From a bacterium (Candidatus Blackallbacteria) CG13_big_fil_rev_8_21_14_2_50_49_14 (GTDB lineage: Bacteria; Cyanobacteriota; Sericytochromatia; UBA7694): 64,000 nt of DNA. Both the position numbers and the translations under genes were made by a program. Positions 42,559 to 51,996 of the stretch are shown piece by piece (the stretch's first letter is position 1; each line of letters starts with the position of its first letter). The DNA lies in NCBI GenBank assembly GCA_002783405.1, contig PFGG01000035.1, positions 113,615-177,614 of the forward strand. The letters are read 5' to 3'. The notes below the pieces were generated by a model that was given only the letters and a program-made list of their open reading frames with translations, ran no database searches and was not told the DNA's origin.

Positions 42559-43413
42559 GTGAACAACCAAACCGATTGGGCTTTACAGGTGGCCTATGAA
42601 GGCTCTGGCTTTCAAGGTTTTCAGGCTTTGCCCCAGGCCCGCACCGTGCAAGGGGTGCTCGAAAAGACACTGGGTCAAATTCTGAAACAAACCTGCCCAG
42701 TAGTAGGTGCCGGACGCACCGATGCGGGGGTACACGCCTATGGACAGGTTGTGGGGTTTCAAGCCCCTTTGCCCTTTGCCCCCGAACGCCTTTTGTCTCT
42801 CTTACAGCGACGCTTGCCCGCCGATCTGACAGCAAAAGCTCTTTGGCCTGTTCCAGCGCATTTTCATGCCCGTTTCAGTGCCCGTGCCCGGCATTACCGC
42901 TATTTGCTCAGGTTGAACTGTCCGCCCTCTCCTTTCGAGGCCCGTACCACTTGGACGTATCCCTACCCAATTGAGCCCGAAAAACTGGCGCAGGCCTGGG
43001 CACAATGCCAGGGCCAGTTTGATTTCAAACCCTTGGCAAGAGCCCAGGCCGGTCAGCACGCCACCCAACTCAATATCTGGTTGAGTCAGATGCGCTCTCA
43101 AGGAGACTACCAGATGCTCGAGATCGTGGCGGATCGCTTTCTCACCTCTCTGGTGCGCCGCTTGGTGGGAACAGCCCTGGATATGGCACGGGGCCGCTTG
43201 CCCATGGATTATTTGGAACAGGTTTTAAAGGGTCAAATCCAACCTACTGAACCCCAAGGCCGTTTGGCTCCCCCACAGGGGCTGTATCTCTGTCAGGTGT
43301 TTTACCCACCTGAATTTGGCATTCAGCCCCCCTATCCCGATCCTCTCAGCCCGGAAAGCTGTGCTCTGATCCCTCAACAGGCCCTGCAGGATCCGGGGCT
43401 TTGGTGGGATTGA
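42559..43413 (+). CDS. truA: tRNA pseudouridine(38-40) synthase
   Basis: N-terminus ALQVAYEGSGFQGFQ and the catalytic Asp in GAGRTDAGVHA. GTG start 8 nt after the ribosome-binding site aaggag. Confidence 0.85.
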   Translation: MNNQTDWALQVAYEGSGFQGFQALPQARTVQGVLEKTLGQILKQTCPVVGAGRTDAGVHAYGQVVGFQAPLPFAPERLLSLLQRRLPADLTAKALWPVPAHFHARFSARARHYRYLLRLNCPPSPFEARTTWTYPYPIEPEKLAQAWAQCQGQFDFKPLARAQAGQHATQLNIWLSQMRSQGDYQMLEIVADRFLTSLVRRLVGTALDMARGRLPMDYLEQVLKGQIQPTEPQGRLAPPQGLYLCQVFYPPEFGIQPPYPDPLSPESCALIPQQALQDPGLWWD

Positions 43414-43414
43414 G

Positions 43415-44347
43415 CTAATTCAAAGGCAAACTCACGGTAAACGTACTGCCCTGATTCGGGCCGGGGCTGCTGGCCTGAATCCGGCCCTTGAGCTGGCGCA
43501 GGGTTTCCTGCACAATAAACAGACCCAGACCGCTGCCTTTTAAGGCTTCATGTCCTGAAAGGCGATAGAAACGGCGAAAGACCTTTTTTAGCTCAGCTTC
43601 GGGAATTCCCAAGCCCTGATCCTGAATCTCAACCTGCACCCCCTGACCATTTTCGGGCTGCCAGCGAATCTGAATCTGTGGCAGAGCCTCGCCGGAATAC
43701 TTGACCGCATTGTCGAGCAAATTCATAAAGACCAGACGCAAGCCACCGGCATTTGAGCGCATCAGCAATTCAGGGCCTGTCAGCTGCAGAGCGTCTTCGG
43801 GCAATTGGTAACGCCTGCGCAGGGTTTCGGCGCACTCCTGTAAAAGCGGCTTGAGCGCAACCTCGCTCAGATTTTCACCCTGGCGACCATATTCTACCCG
43901 CACAGCTTCCAGCACATGGCTGACCAACTGGTCCAAATGCTCAATATCCTTGAGCATGGTATCGAGCAGCCAGGCTTGTTTTTCAGGGTCTACGCGATGC
44001 CTTTGCAAGGTTTCCACATACAGGCGCAAAGAGGTCAGCGGCGTTTTGAGTTCGTGGGTCATGCTGTCGATAAAATTTTTCTGCAATTGATTCACAATAA
44101 TCTGGCGCGACATAAACACGATAAACAAAATAATCCCGGTAATAATAATCACGAAGAGCGCTGAGCCCACGCCCAGGATCACCCACTGCGACCAGATATT
44201 CTTAAGGTGCGGGCCCGCATAGGCCTTCAATTGCAAGGCATTGTAGATCAGCACGATATTCCAGAGCGTGGTCAGTGCCAGACAAAAAACCAAGAGGATT
44301 GAACCCAGGGTAATCGTCAGGGGCAAAGCTTTGCTGCGATTTTTCAT
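43415..44347 (-). CDS. Sensor histidine kinase (2 TM, HisKA + HATPase_c)
   Basis: H-box HELKTPLTSL plus N, G1 and G2 boxes (GLGLFIV). No response regulator adjacent. Confidence 0.85.
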   Translation of the reverse strand: MKNRSKALPLTITLGSILLVFCLALTTLWNIVLIYNALQLKAYAGPHLKNIWSQWVILGVGSALFVIIITGIILFIVFMSRQIIVNQLQKNFIDSMTHELKTPLTSLRLYVETLQRHRVDPEKQAWLLDTMLKDIEHLDQLVSHVLEAVRVEYGRQGENLSEVALKPLLQECAETLRRRYQLPEDALQLTGPELLMRSNAGGLRLVFMNLLDNAVKYSGEALPQIQIRWQPENGQGVQVEIQDQGLGIPEAELKKVFRRFYRLSGHEALKGSGLGLFIVQETLRQLKGRIQASSPGPNQGSTFTVSLPLN

Positions 44348-45417
44348 CAGCGCACCACTTTCCCGGCCTGTTGGGCCTGCCTGAAGCGCAAGCCGGTTTC
44401 CCAGATTGCCTTGAAATCTGCCTCAAAAATCTGGGGTTGGGCGTTCCAGAGAGCGGCATGGTAACCCTGCGGGTAGTGCACAAAACGCTTGGGCAGATCT
44501 GTCGGCAAAGCCTGATACACTTTTCGCGCCATTTCAGGCGAAACCAGATTGTCCTGACCGGGCATCTGTACCAGCGTGGGGTACCGCCATTGCCCCAATT
44601 GATTCACAGGCGCACAGTGCCCAAAGTCAAGGCCGGTTTGCAGCCCCGCCAGAAACGCGGTCAGGTCATAGAGAAAACCCGGAAAGTGGGGCTGGCGAAA
44701 GGCCATCAGGTCGCGCACAGAACTGGGTGGGTTTTCCAGCACGGTGGCCACAATCCGAGCGGCATAGGGGCGCTTATTCAAAATTCCTGCAGCATTCGCA
44801 ATCGCCATGGTGCCCGTTGAGGTGCCTGCCAGAAAAAGATCGGCCTGGGGATAGGCTTGAGCCACTCGATCCAGCAAAGCCACCACGTCTTCTTTTTCAC
44901 GACAACCGAACCCCAAACCCTTGCCATTATTGCCCGAAATGCCGTGGTTACTCATATCCAAACTGGCCAGATTAAAACCCAAACGACGGGCCATGGGCAG
45001 ATAGCGAGTCGCATCCAGCCAGGTGCTGGTCGCCCCCGAGATATACACCAACCAGGGGCGTTTCGCATCTGAACCCGTCAGATAGCGCACCGTATGCAAA
45101 GGCAAACCAGAGGCATTCTGAACGGTCTCTTCCTGTTTGGGCTCCTGCAGAGCCGCTTCACAGGTCAATTCCAGGGGAACTTCGCCCGCATGTCCTGGGC
45201 GCAGATCCCCATAGACCCACTTTTTACGCGCCGGGGTACAAGCCGCCGGGCGTTGCTGCCCCCATTTGGCCTTGCCATATTTAAAATACACCAGCTTTTC
45301 AGCCTGCTGATTGAGATAGAGCAGCCCTGCCAAAGGCAGGGCCAGGCACAAGAGCGCCAAAATTTCCCAATAGCGGCGCAGAATACGCTGACGGGGTGAA
45401 GAAGGTTCTGCTGACAT
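44347..45417 (-). CDS. Membrane-anchored alpha/beta hydrolase
   Basis: N-terminal transmembrane segment. Nucleophile elbow AGTSTGT (GxSxG). Downstream GQDNLV Asp and GYHAA His. ATGA coupling to the histidine kinase. Confidence 0.75.
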   Translation of the reverse strand: MSAEPSSPRQRILRRYWEILALLCLALPLAGLLYLNQQAEKLVYFKYGKAKWGQQRPAACTPARKKWVYGDLRPGHAGEVPLELTCEAALQEPKQEETVQNASGLPLHTVRYLTGSDAKRPWLVYISGATSTWLDATRYLPMARRLGFNLASLDMSNHGISGNNGKGLGFGCREKEDVVALLDRVAQAYPQADLFLAGTSTGTMAIANAAGILNKRPYAARIVATVLENPPSSVRDLMAFRQPHFPGFLYDLTAFLAGLQTGLDFGHCAPVNQLGQWRYPTLVQMPGQDNLVSPEMARKVYQALPTDLPKRFVHYPQGYHAALWNAQPQIFEADFKAIWETGLRFRQAQQAGKVVR

Positions 45418-45501
45418 GCTCCGATTTTAGCATGAGATCAGAGTCTCTCAGCAGGGACTGGCACGACAGAGGCGTACTATCCGTCATGCCAAATACGGAC
45501 T

Positions 45502-45860
45502 TCAGTGTGAATGGGGAAAATGCTCACTGACCAGCAGTTTGGTTGCACGCACGTCACGGCCTCTCAGGGTTAAATGGCTGAGATTCTGAATCACCAAGCC
45601 ACCGGTATCCTTATCCCGCGCCAGATAGGGGTTTTTAGGGGGCAAAGGCCATTGGCTCAAAAGATAGGTATTGGGCTCAAGCACAATCGTGCGGGCGGGC
45701 CAATCGCGGCCAAGAATTCCGCTGCATTATGCACATGCACCGTCCGGTGCGCAACAGAACGGGCCGGAACGGGGCTCAGTGCTTCAGAAAAAGCCAAAGG
45801 CGCAGCCCAAGCCAAGGCCCCCAAAACACATGCAAACCCAGATTTTTGAAACGGTGTCAT
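45502..45860 (-). pseudogene. Remnant of the N-terminus of a secreted right-handed beta-helix (pectate-lyase-fold) protein, frameshifted and truncated
   Basis: Two overlapping minus-strand ORFs join into signal peptide + RTVHVHNAAEFLAAI / GRDWPARTIVLEPNTYLL...LTLRG. That reads as the classic start of beta-helix proteins (tvhV...a...A.pGDtI.L.pGtY). Only about 120 aa are present and a frameshift lies near 45685. Confidence 0.35.
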
Positions 45861-46052
45861 GGCGAATCACCTCACGGATTTTGAATGCACAAGTATAGCC
45901 CCCCCAAAAAATCTGCTCTTGTTCAAATTTCGTAAAAATGCCAAAATATGAGGGGAATAAGCGTGCAGCCGTTTTGGTATCACCAAATCTGGTTTTGCCC
46001 ATCGCCCCACAAACAGAATCAAAAGCTGTTCTGAGAACTGGGTTTGAATCCC

Positions 46053-46150
46053 GTTGTCCGTGCCCCAAGATCCGTCTGACGACAGCCGAAAACAGGGCTT
46101 TGCAGGTTCAGACCTCCGCCCTCACTTCGGGATCTTGGGCACGGGCATCT
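46053..46150 (+). promoter_or_regulatory. Structured 5' leader: long imperfect hairpin (about 17-bp stem, 56-nt loop with a nested stem) immediately upstream of the SPFH gene
   Basis: Arm ccgtgccccaagatcc (46058-46073) pairs with ggatcttgggcacgg (46130-46144). Inside the loop, gtctgac pairs with gttcagac. The element ends 20 nt before the ribosome-binding site aaaaggag, and no T-tract follows. Confidence 0.35.
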
Positions 46151-46169
46151 CAAACAAAAGGAGAAATTC

Positions 46170-46934
46170 ATGAATCCCACACTGCTGCTCAGTCTCTTCC
46201 TGCTGGCAGGAGGGCTGAGTTTCTTTTACCAAAGGCTTTTCGAAGCCGTCACCGTCTATGAATATGAGGCCGGATTTCTCTACCGTCGCGGCTTGCTCAC
46301 CACAGAACTGGCCCCTGGCCGTTACCGACTGCGCAAAGGCATTAGCGAAATTCGCAAGCTGGATCGACGCCAACAAAACCTCAGCATTCCAGGGCAAGAA
46401 ATTCTGACCCAAGATTTAATTCAGCTTAAAATCAGCCTGGTGATCAGCTACCTGATTCAAGACCCACGTAAGGTACTACAGGAAATTGAAAACCTGCGAA
46501 ACAATCTCTACCTTCATCTGCAGATTCTGCTGCGCAGCGTGGTTCAAGCCGAAAAACTCGAAACCCTACTCGAAAATCCCAGCCCTTGGATCACCCATTT
46601 GCAAGAACAGGCCCGTAAAGAACTCGCGGCCTGGGGAGTCGAGCTTTGCAGCCTTTCGCTCAAAGACCTGATGTTGCCTGGAGATCTGAAGCGGGCCTAT
46701 GCCCAGGTTTTCAAAGTACAAAAAGAAGCCCAGGCCCAGCTTGAAAAGGCACGGGGCGAACAGGCGGCTTTGCGCAGTTTGGCCAATGCCGCGCGCATGC
46801 TTGAAAAGAATCCAGAACTGCTCAATCTGCGCCTGATTCACACCCTCGAAAACAGCCAAAACTCACCCACGCTCGTTTTTCAGGTCGGTTCAGGCTTTCT
46901 TCGGCCCTACGAACCCCCTGCAGAGAAGGGCTAG
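46170..46934 (+). CDS. SPFH/band-7 (stomatin-prohibitin-HflK/C) domain membrane protein
   Basis: N-terminal transmembrane segment, then an SPFH core and a coiled-coil tail (KEAQAQLEKARGEQAA). Confidence 0.8.
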   Translation: MNPTLLLSLFLLAGGLSFFYQRLFEAVTVYEYEAGFLYRRGLLTTELAPGRYRLRKGISEIRKLDRRQQNLSIPGQEILTQDLIQLKISLVISYLIQDPRKVLQEIENLRNNLYLHLQILLRSVVQAEKLETLLENPSPWITHLQEQARKELAAWGVELCSLSLKDLMLPGDLKRAYAQVFKVQKEAQAQLEKARGEQAALRSLANAARMLEKNPELLNLRLIHTLENSQNSPTLVFQVGSGFLRPYEPPAEKG

Positions 46935-47042
46935 CTGCCCGCCACGCAACACAAAAGGGGTGTGGTACAATTTTTTCAGGTGGAAGGGGTTGGCTGAACG
47001 CTGATCTCATTCCCCGATTAAAACTCAGGACAGGCATAACAC

Positions 47043-47666
47043 GTGTTTGGTGACAAACTGAAAGAATTATTTCAGCGCTTCTGGCCCGTTTCCCCGCATG
47101 AACCCGTAGAACCGCACCGCTTAGGGCAAATTTTACTGCGCATGTCAGCCCTGACTGAAGAAGAACTTCAACGCGCCTTGCTGATTAAAGAGCAGCAATC
47201 CCATAAACTGCTGGGGCAAATCCTGATCTCAGAAATGATCTGCAGCCAGGAGCAGATTGCCCGTGCGATTGAACAACAACGTGAAGAAACGCGTTTGGGC
47301 CAGGTTTTACAGCGCAGTGGCATTGTCAGCCAGGAACAACTGGCAGAGGCGCTCGCTGAGCAGAAACGCAGCGGCCGTCTGCTCGGCTTTATTTTGGTGG
47401 AACGTGGGTTGTGCAGCCCTGAACAACTGAAAGAAGCCCTGCGCCAGCAACGCCATGACAACCGTTTGGGCGCGATTTTACTGCGTGAGCGAAAAATTAC
47501 CGAAAAGCAATTGGAAAAAGCCCTGAGCCTGCAAGAAGCCTCTCAGGTACTGCTCGGGGAAATTTTAATTCAGTTGGGTTATATCAGCTCCGATGAGCTG
47601 GAACAGGTGCTTCAACGCCAGGAAGCCATTCTCTTCAAATTGCCCACCCCCTCCCCTCTGGACTGA
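47043..47666 (+). CDS. Standalone protein made of six tandem 24-aa MshEN / T2SSE-N-type motifs (predicted c-di-GMP-binding modules)
   Basis: Repeats RLGQILLRMSALTEEELQRALLIK, LLGQILISEMICSQEQIARAIEQQ, RLGQVLQRSGIVSQEQLAEALAEQ, LLGFILVERGLCSPEQLKEALRQQ, RLGAILLRERKITEKQLEKALSLQ and LLGEILIQLGYISSDELEQVLQRQ. They are separated by 4-6 aa spacers. GTG start. Confidence 0.6.
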   Translation: MFGDKLKELFQRFWPVSPHEPVEPHRLGQILLRMSALTEEELQRALLIKEQQSHKLLGQILISEMICSQEQIARAIEQQREETRLGQVLQRSGIVSQEQLAEALAEQKRSGRLLGFILVERGLCSPEQLKEALRQQRHDNRLGAILLRERKITEKQLEKALSLQEASQVLLGEILIQLGYISSDELEQVLQRQEAILFKLPTPSPLD

Positions 47667-47674
47667 TTCCAGGC

Positions 47675-47680
47675 TATAAT
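47675..47680 (+). promoter_or_regulatory. -10 hexamer TATAAT for tRNA-Val
   Basis: A perfect TATAAT lies 14 nt upstream of the mature tRNA 5' end. Confidence 0.4.
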
Positions 47681-47693
47681 TAAGTCTGATTAT

Positions 47694-47770
47694 GGGCACT
47701 TAGCTCAGTTGGTAGAGCGCTGCCTTCACACGGCAGAGGTTTCGCTGGTTCGAGTCCAGTAGTGCCCACC
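47694..47770 (+). tRNA. tRNA-Val (anticodon CAC)
   Basis: Cloverleaf: acceptor GGGCACT/AGTGCCC, D-arm GCTCAGTTGGTAGAGC, anticodon stem CTGCC/GGCAG with loop TTCACAC, T-arm GCTGGTTCGAGTCCAGT, discriminator A. Confidence 0.85.
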
Positions 47771-47788
47771 TTTTATTTTTTGGGCGCC

Positions 47789-48559
47789 ATGATCAAAAAC
47801 AAACTGTTTTTTTCCAGCTTATTCATCTTCAGTCTGCTTCTGAACGGCTGTGCAAACAAGGTGCGTGATATCGCGAACTTTAATAAACGCGTGGTGTTTC
47901 AGTTTTTTGTGCAGGGCAAATTGGCCTTAAACAATGAAAATGTGACCTACTATATCCTCATCAATGCCCCTTCAGGTAAGAAAGACGTGCCCCTCAACCC
48001 CTCAACCAACGGGCCCCGCGTCAACGCTCCCTCGCTCAATGACGGCCCTCAATTTCTCGCCGGTCGCCTGCCCTTTATCGGACAACTGCCCGGAGATATC
48101 GCATCAGAATGGACTGATTTCTATTATTTGCAGGGCACAGCAGATGGGCAGGGCACCATGGGCCGGGGCCGTTTTAACAATGCCACCAAAGCACCTGAAA
48201 TTATCCAGCGCAACTACCCGATCAACAATCTCTGGAGCAAAAAAACAGACTCCAGCTTTGAAGTTCAGATTCTGGTCAACGACCTCACCAGTGGCACCGA
48301 CACGCCAGGCAATCTCGTTTTTAATCTGGCCACCAGCGACAGCATCGACACCGGCCAGGGCTATGTCTACGACTACTGGCGTTCAAATATACCCTTCTCT
48401 GTTCAGACCAAAACCATCAACAGCCAGATTCAGGACCAAGATCCCAATGGCCAAATCATCATGCGCCAGATTCCAGGCAAACCCTTGCCTCAGCTCCCAA
48501 TTGGCGTCAATCAAGCCGATGTGAATATCGTCAGCTATAATTACCGGATCATTCAGTAA
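47789..48559 (+). CDS. Hypothetical lipoprotein (lipobox LLLNGC)
   Basis: Signal peptide with lipobox. Gly/Asn/Thr-rich mature part. The stop overlaps the ruvB start (TAATG). Confidence 0.55.
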   Translation: MIKNKLFFSSLFIFSLLLNGCANKVRDIANFNKRVVFQFFVQGKLALNNENVTYYILINAPSGKKDVPLNPSTNGPRVNAPSLNDGPQFLAGRLPFIGQLPGDIASEWTDFYYLQGTADGQGTMGRGRFNNATKAPEIIQRNYPINNLWSKKTDSSFEVQILVNDLTSGTDTPGNLVFNLATSDSIDTGQGYVYDYWRSNIPFSVQTKTINSQIQDQDPNGQIIMRQIPGKPLPQLPIGVNQADVNIVSYNYRIIQ

Positions 48560-49623
48560 TGGCGATAGTACCCGCCGACGCGAATGGAGCCCGCGCTCAA
48601 GCGCCCGCTCAACGCGTTGTCCAAGCTGAGCCTGTCCAGGAGGATCAGGGCGAGCAAAGTCTGCGCCCGAACACGCTAAATGAATACCTGGGCCAGGAAG
48701 AACTGAAACAAAGCCTGGGAGTGACTCTTGCTGCCGCTCGCCAACGTGGCGAACCGATCGACCATCTGCTCTTTTATGGCCCCCCTGGTTTGGGCAAAAC
48801 CACCATCTCCATGCTGATCGCCGCCGAAATGCAAACCCAAATCCGTATTACCTCGGCTCCCGCCTTAGAACGCCCCCGCGATATTGCAGGACTTTTGCTC
48901 TCACTGCAGGCCGGTGATATTCTCTTTATTGATGAGATCCACCGCCTCAACCGGGTTACAGAAGAAATGCTCTATCCTGCCATGGAAGATTTCATGCTGG
49001 ATATTACCATTGGCAAGGGGCAGGCCGCCCGCATCAAGCGGCTGCCGCTCAAACGCTTTACCTTGATCGGCGCAACCACACGTGCGGGTGCAATATCAGC
49101 ACCTTTGCGGGCCCGTTTTGGACTGGTACACCGGCTGCGTTTTTATACCGATACCGAAATGCAGAAAATTCTGCTGCAAAGTGCCGGTTTGCTTAAAATT
49201 CCTCTGACTGAAGCTGGCGCTTTGGCGATCGGTTCACGTTCACGTGGCACGCCCCGCGTTGGCAACCGCCTGCTCAAACGGGTCAGAGACTTTGCCCAGG
49301 TCAAAGGCAAGCTTGAAATTGATGAAAACATTGCCGTGGAAGCCTTGGATTTATTGCAGGTCGATCGTTTTGGCTTGGACCCTACCGACCGGCTGCTGTT
49401 AAAAACCATTATCCGCAACTACCAGGGCGGCCCAGTCGGAATTGACACCTTGGCCGCCGCGATCAGCGAAGACGGCAGTACGATTGAGGAAGTCTATGAG
49501 CCCTTTCTCATGCAAGCCGGTTTTTTACAGCGCACCCAAAGAGGGCGCATGGTCACCCCACAGGCCTATCAGCATTTGGGCTTTGATTTGCCAGGCGGTC
49601 AATTGCCGCTCTTTGAAGCCTGA
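48559..49623 (+). CDS. ruvB: Holliday junction branch-migration ATPase RuvB
   Basis: Walker [10 protein letters not shown]. Sensor motifs and the RuvB winged-helix C-terminus. Confidence 0.95.
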   Translation: MAIVPADANGARAQAPAQRVVQAEPVQEDQGEQSLRPNTLNEYLGQEELKQSLGVTLAAARQRGEPIDHLLFYGPPGLGKTTISMLIAAEMQTQIRITSAPALERPRDIAGLLLSLQAGDILFIDEIHRLNRVTEEMLYPAMEDFMLDITIGKGQAARIKRLPLKRFTLIGATTRAGAISAPLRARFGLVHRLRFYTDTEMQKILLQSAGLLKIPLTEAGALAIGSRSRGTPRVGNRLLKRVRDFAQVKGKLEIDENIAVEALDLLQVDRFGLDPTDRLLLKTIIRNYQGGPVGIDTLAAAISEDGSTIEEVYEPFLMQAGFLQRTQRGRMVTPQAYQHLGFDLPGGQLPLFEA

Positions 49624-50048
49624 AGCCTTTGCGTAAGAGCTTCAAGCGCTAAAAAATAGCCTTGAAGCCCCAAACCGCTGATTTGTCCCAAAGCCACAGG
49701 CGCAATCCAGGAATGGTGGCGATAGCTCTCTCGCTGATAAATATTGCTGAGATGCACTTCGATCACGCTTAAGCGGGCCGCGCGAATCGCATCGGCCAAG
49801 GCCAGGCTGGTATGGGTATAAGCTCCGGGATTAAAAATAACTCCCTGCGCCCAATCACGGGCATCCTGCAAAAGGTCGATCAAAACGCCCTCATGGTTGC
49901 TTTGCTTGCAAACCACTTCCAGACCCAATTCAAGCCCTCGATTGCGCAGACTTTCTTCAAGTTCTGGCAAAGTCGTGGCACCATAAATTTCAGGCTCGCG
50001 TTCACCCAGCAAATTGAGATTCGGACCATTCAAAACCAAAATTTTCAC
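49599..50048 (-). CDS. aroQ: Type II 3-dehydroquinate dehydratase
   Basis: N-terminus [23 protein letters not shown] and the motif HLSNI. Length is 149 aa. Confidence 0.9.
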   Translation of the reverse strand: MKILVLNGPNLNLLGEREPEIYGATTLPELEESLRNRGLELGLEVVCKQSNHEGVLIDLLQDARDWAQGVIFNPGAYTHTSLALADAIRAARLSVIEVHLSNIYQRESYRHHSWIAPVALGQISGLGLQGYFLALEALTQRLQASKSGN

Positions 50049-51883
50049 AATAGGCTTCCCAGAATTTTTTGTGTGTATTGTGCCTCAGTTTCAGTCAGCA
50101 TTTCCTGATAATTTTCACAGGCACTGGCGATCAAGCGACGCGCCCTTTGGCGATCATGGCCCGCATGCCAGAGCAGCGAATCCTTGGCTTCTTCAGGCTC
50201 CTTGTCTGCCACATAGCGCAAAAGCAAAGCTATCGTACGGTTTAAATCCCCAATTTGAATATATTTCAACATGGTCGCCAATTTACGTTTGCTGATCCCC
50301 AAGGGAGCCGGAAAATGATTGGCCGCATGAAAGACAAACTCCATATAATCATTCACAGCTTCGTTTCGGCCAGCAGAGTCGACCTCCTGCAGAACCGTTA
50401 CCAATTTGTATTTTTTTTCTTCACCCACCCATTTAACTGCCGTCTGAGACTCCAAACGCGCTGAATAATCAGCCATCAGATTGCCTTCCAGACGGTTGCC
50501 TCGGTAGTCAAAAATCTTATCGCGGAAGGCATACATGCCACAGGCACGCAGAATACTCATTTCAAGTGAGGAAAAAGAAACCTGAACCCCCTGTCGGGGG
50601 ACTTCACCGCTGACAAAACCCACAACGAAACGTTCCCCTGTCCATTCTACGTAATTGCGAATCGGTTCAATCAGCACCGGCGGTAAGATCGGAGAGCCAG
50701 CTTCATCCTTTTCAAAGAGATTGACATGGATGGAGAGAATTTTTTCAAAGGCCGCTGTGGCATTCTGCAAAGTCGCATAACAGTCTGAAAGTGGTTCCGG
50801 ACAATGTTTGCTATGCACGTCCAAGAGAATGCGAGAGGTGCTTTCAGGAATTTTAAACGGTGATTTACGGGCCCCCGCCACTGCATAATTGCCTGTATTG
50901 GCAATATTGTTTTTAATCAGGCGAATGGTTTCTTCATCAAAGATCAAATCATCGCGATCACGTACACTGCCAATATCCTGGGTGCCCGCCTTGATCAGTT
51001 TGCCTGTAATTTCTTTGAGTTTTTTACTTTGAATATCTATCTCAAGACTGTTTTCGCGCACCTGATCCATAACCCGCACCACGTGTTCAGCGTAAACTTC
51101 AAGATCTTGCCCCAATCGCCTATAGCTTGGATCACGCATAATCTGAGATATTTCATCGCGTTCTTCAAAGGGAATTTCACGCATTGCGATCACATGACTG
51201 TAATGCTTGGCCTTGTTCAAAAGTTCATCAATTTGCGCAATCTGACTGGCAGAATATTTAAACTCGGCAACCAAGTTCTCCAACTTACGAAAAAGCTCTT
51301 TGTTCTGCCCCACCATCGCATAATAGGTATTGTTTAAAATCGTGGTCTGTTCCCGTGACATGGCAATCTGGGTGTCCAAGCTGCGGGTGGCTCTGAATTT
51401 CGCCAAACTTTTTTTGTCCAGACCTTCGGGTTCTAAAACACCCAGCGCAATTGCATTAAACTGGTCTTCACAACGGTAAATGGTGTGGCTCCAGGGGGGC
51501 AGGGTATCGCTTTTGAAATCAAGAATAGCAGCACGCAAACTGCGATAAAGTTCGGGGTCCAGTAATTGCAGGCCGAATTGTCTACCCTGTTCATCTTCAA
51601 AGGTAATCAAATCAGCAATCGCGCCCGTATTCAAAAAAACCCGCTGGGAGGGATTCAAGTGGTTGAGATTGTGTTCAACCAGATAATTGACAAGCGAGGT
51701 ATAGGCATAACGAATCGAGTCAATTTTTTCAGCATAGCTAAGATGTGCATTCAAGCCTACGCTTTGTGCCAGTTCATCACTGAGAACCGCCAAGGCATCG
51801 ATCACGACCGAGGAAATATCCTCGGGAACCCCAGCCAGGGTTTCATTTAAATAATGGTTGATTTCAAGTATTTCTTCTGACAT
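50045..51883 (-). CDS. Large cytoplasmic hypothetical protein (about 610 aa), no recognisable family
   Basis: Continuous ORF with coding-like composition, ATGA-coupled to aroQ. The start is taken at MSEEILEIN. The track extends it to 51979. Confidence 0.5.
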   Translation of the reverse strand: MSEEILEINHYLNETLAGVPEDISSVVIDALAVLSDELAQSVGLNAHLSYAEKIDSIRYAYTSLVNYLVEHNLNHLNPSQRVFLNTGAIADLITFEDEQGRQFGLQLLDPELYRSLRAAILDFKSDTLPPWSHTIYRCEDQFNAIALGVLEPEGLDKKSLAKFRATRSLDTQIAMSREQTTILNNTYYAMVGQNKELFRKLENLVAEFKYSASQIAQIDELLNKAKHYSHVIAMREIPFEERDEISQIMRDPSYRRLGQDLEVYAEHVVRVMDQVRENSLEIDIQSKKLKEITGKLIKAGTQDIGSVRDRDDLIFDEETIRLIKNNIANTGNYAVAGARKSPFKIPESTSRILLDVHSKHCPEPLSDCYATLQNATAAFEKILSIHVNLFEKDEAGSPILPPVLIEPIRNYVEWTGERFVVGFVSGEVPRQGVQVSFSSLEMSILRACGMYAFRDKIFDYRGNRLEGNLMADYSARLESQTAVKWVGEEKKYKLVTVLQEVDSAGRNEAVNDYMEFVFHAANHFPAPLGISKRKLATMLKYIQIGDLNRTIALLLRYVADKEPEEAKDSLLWHAGHDRQRARRLIASACENYQEMLTETEAQYTQKILGSLL

Positions 51884-51996
51884 AAGACCGACTCTAAAAA
51901 TATGCAAACAATTATAGCACCCCCCTCTGAAAACACTTCCGATCGGATTGATTTTCAGACAGAAAAACGGCAGAATCAAATCAGGGGGCGCTTCAA

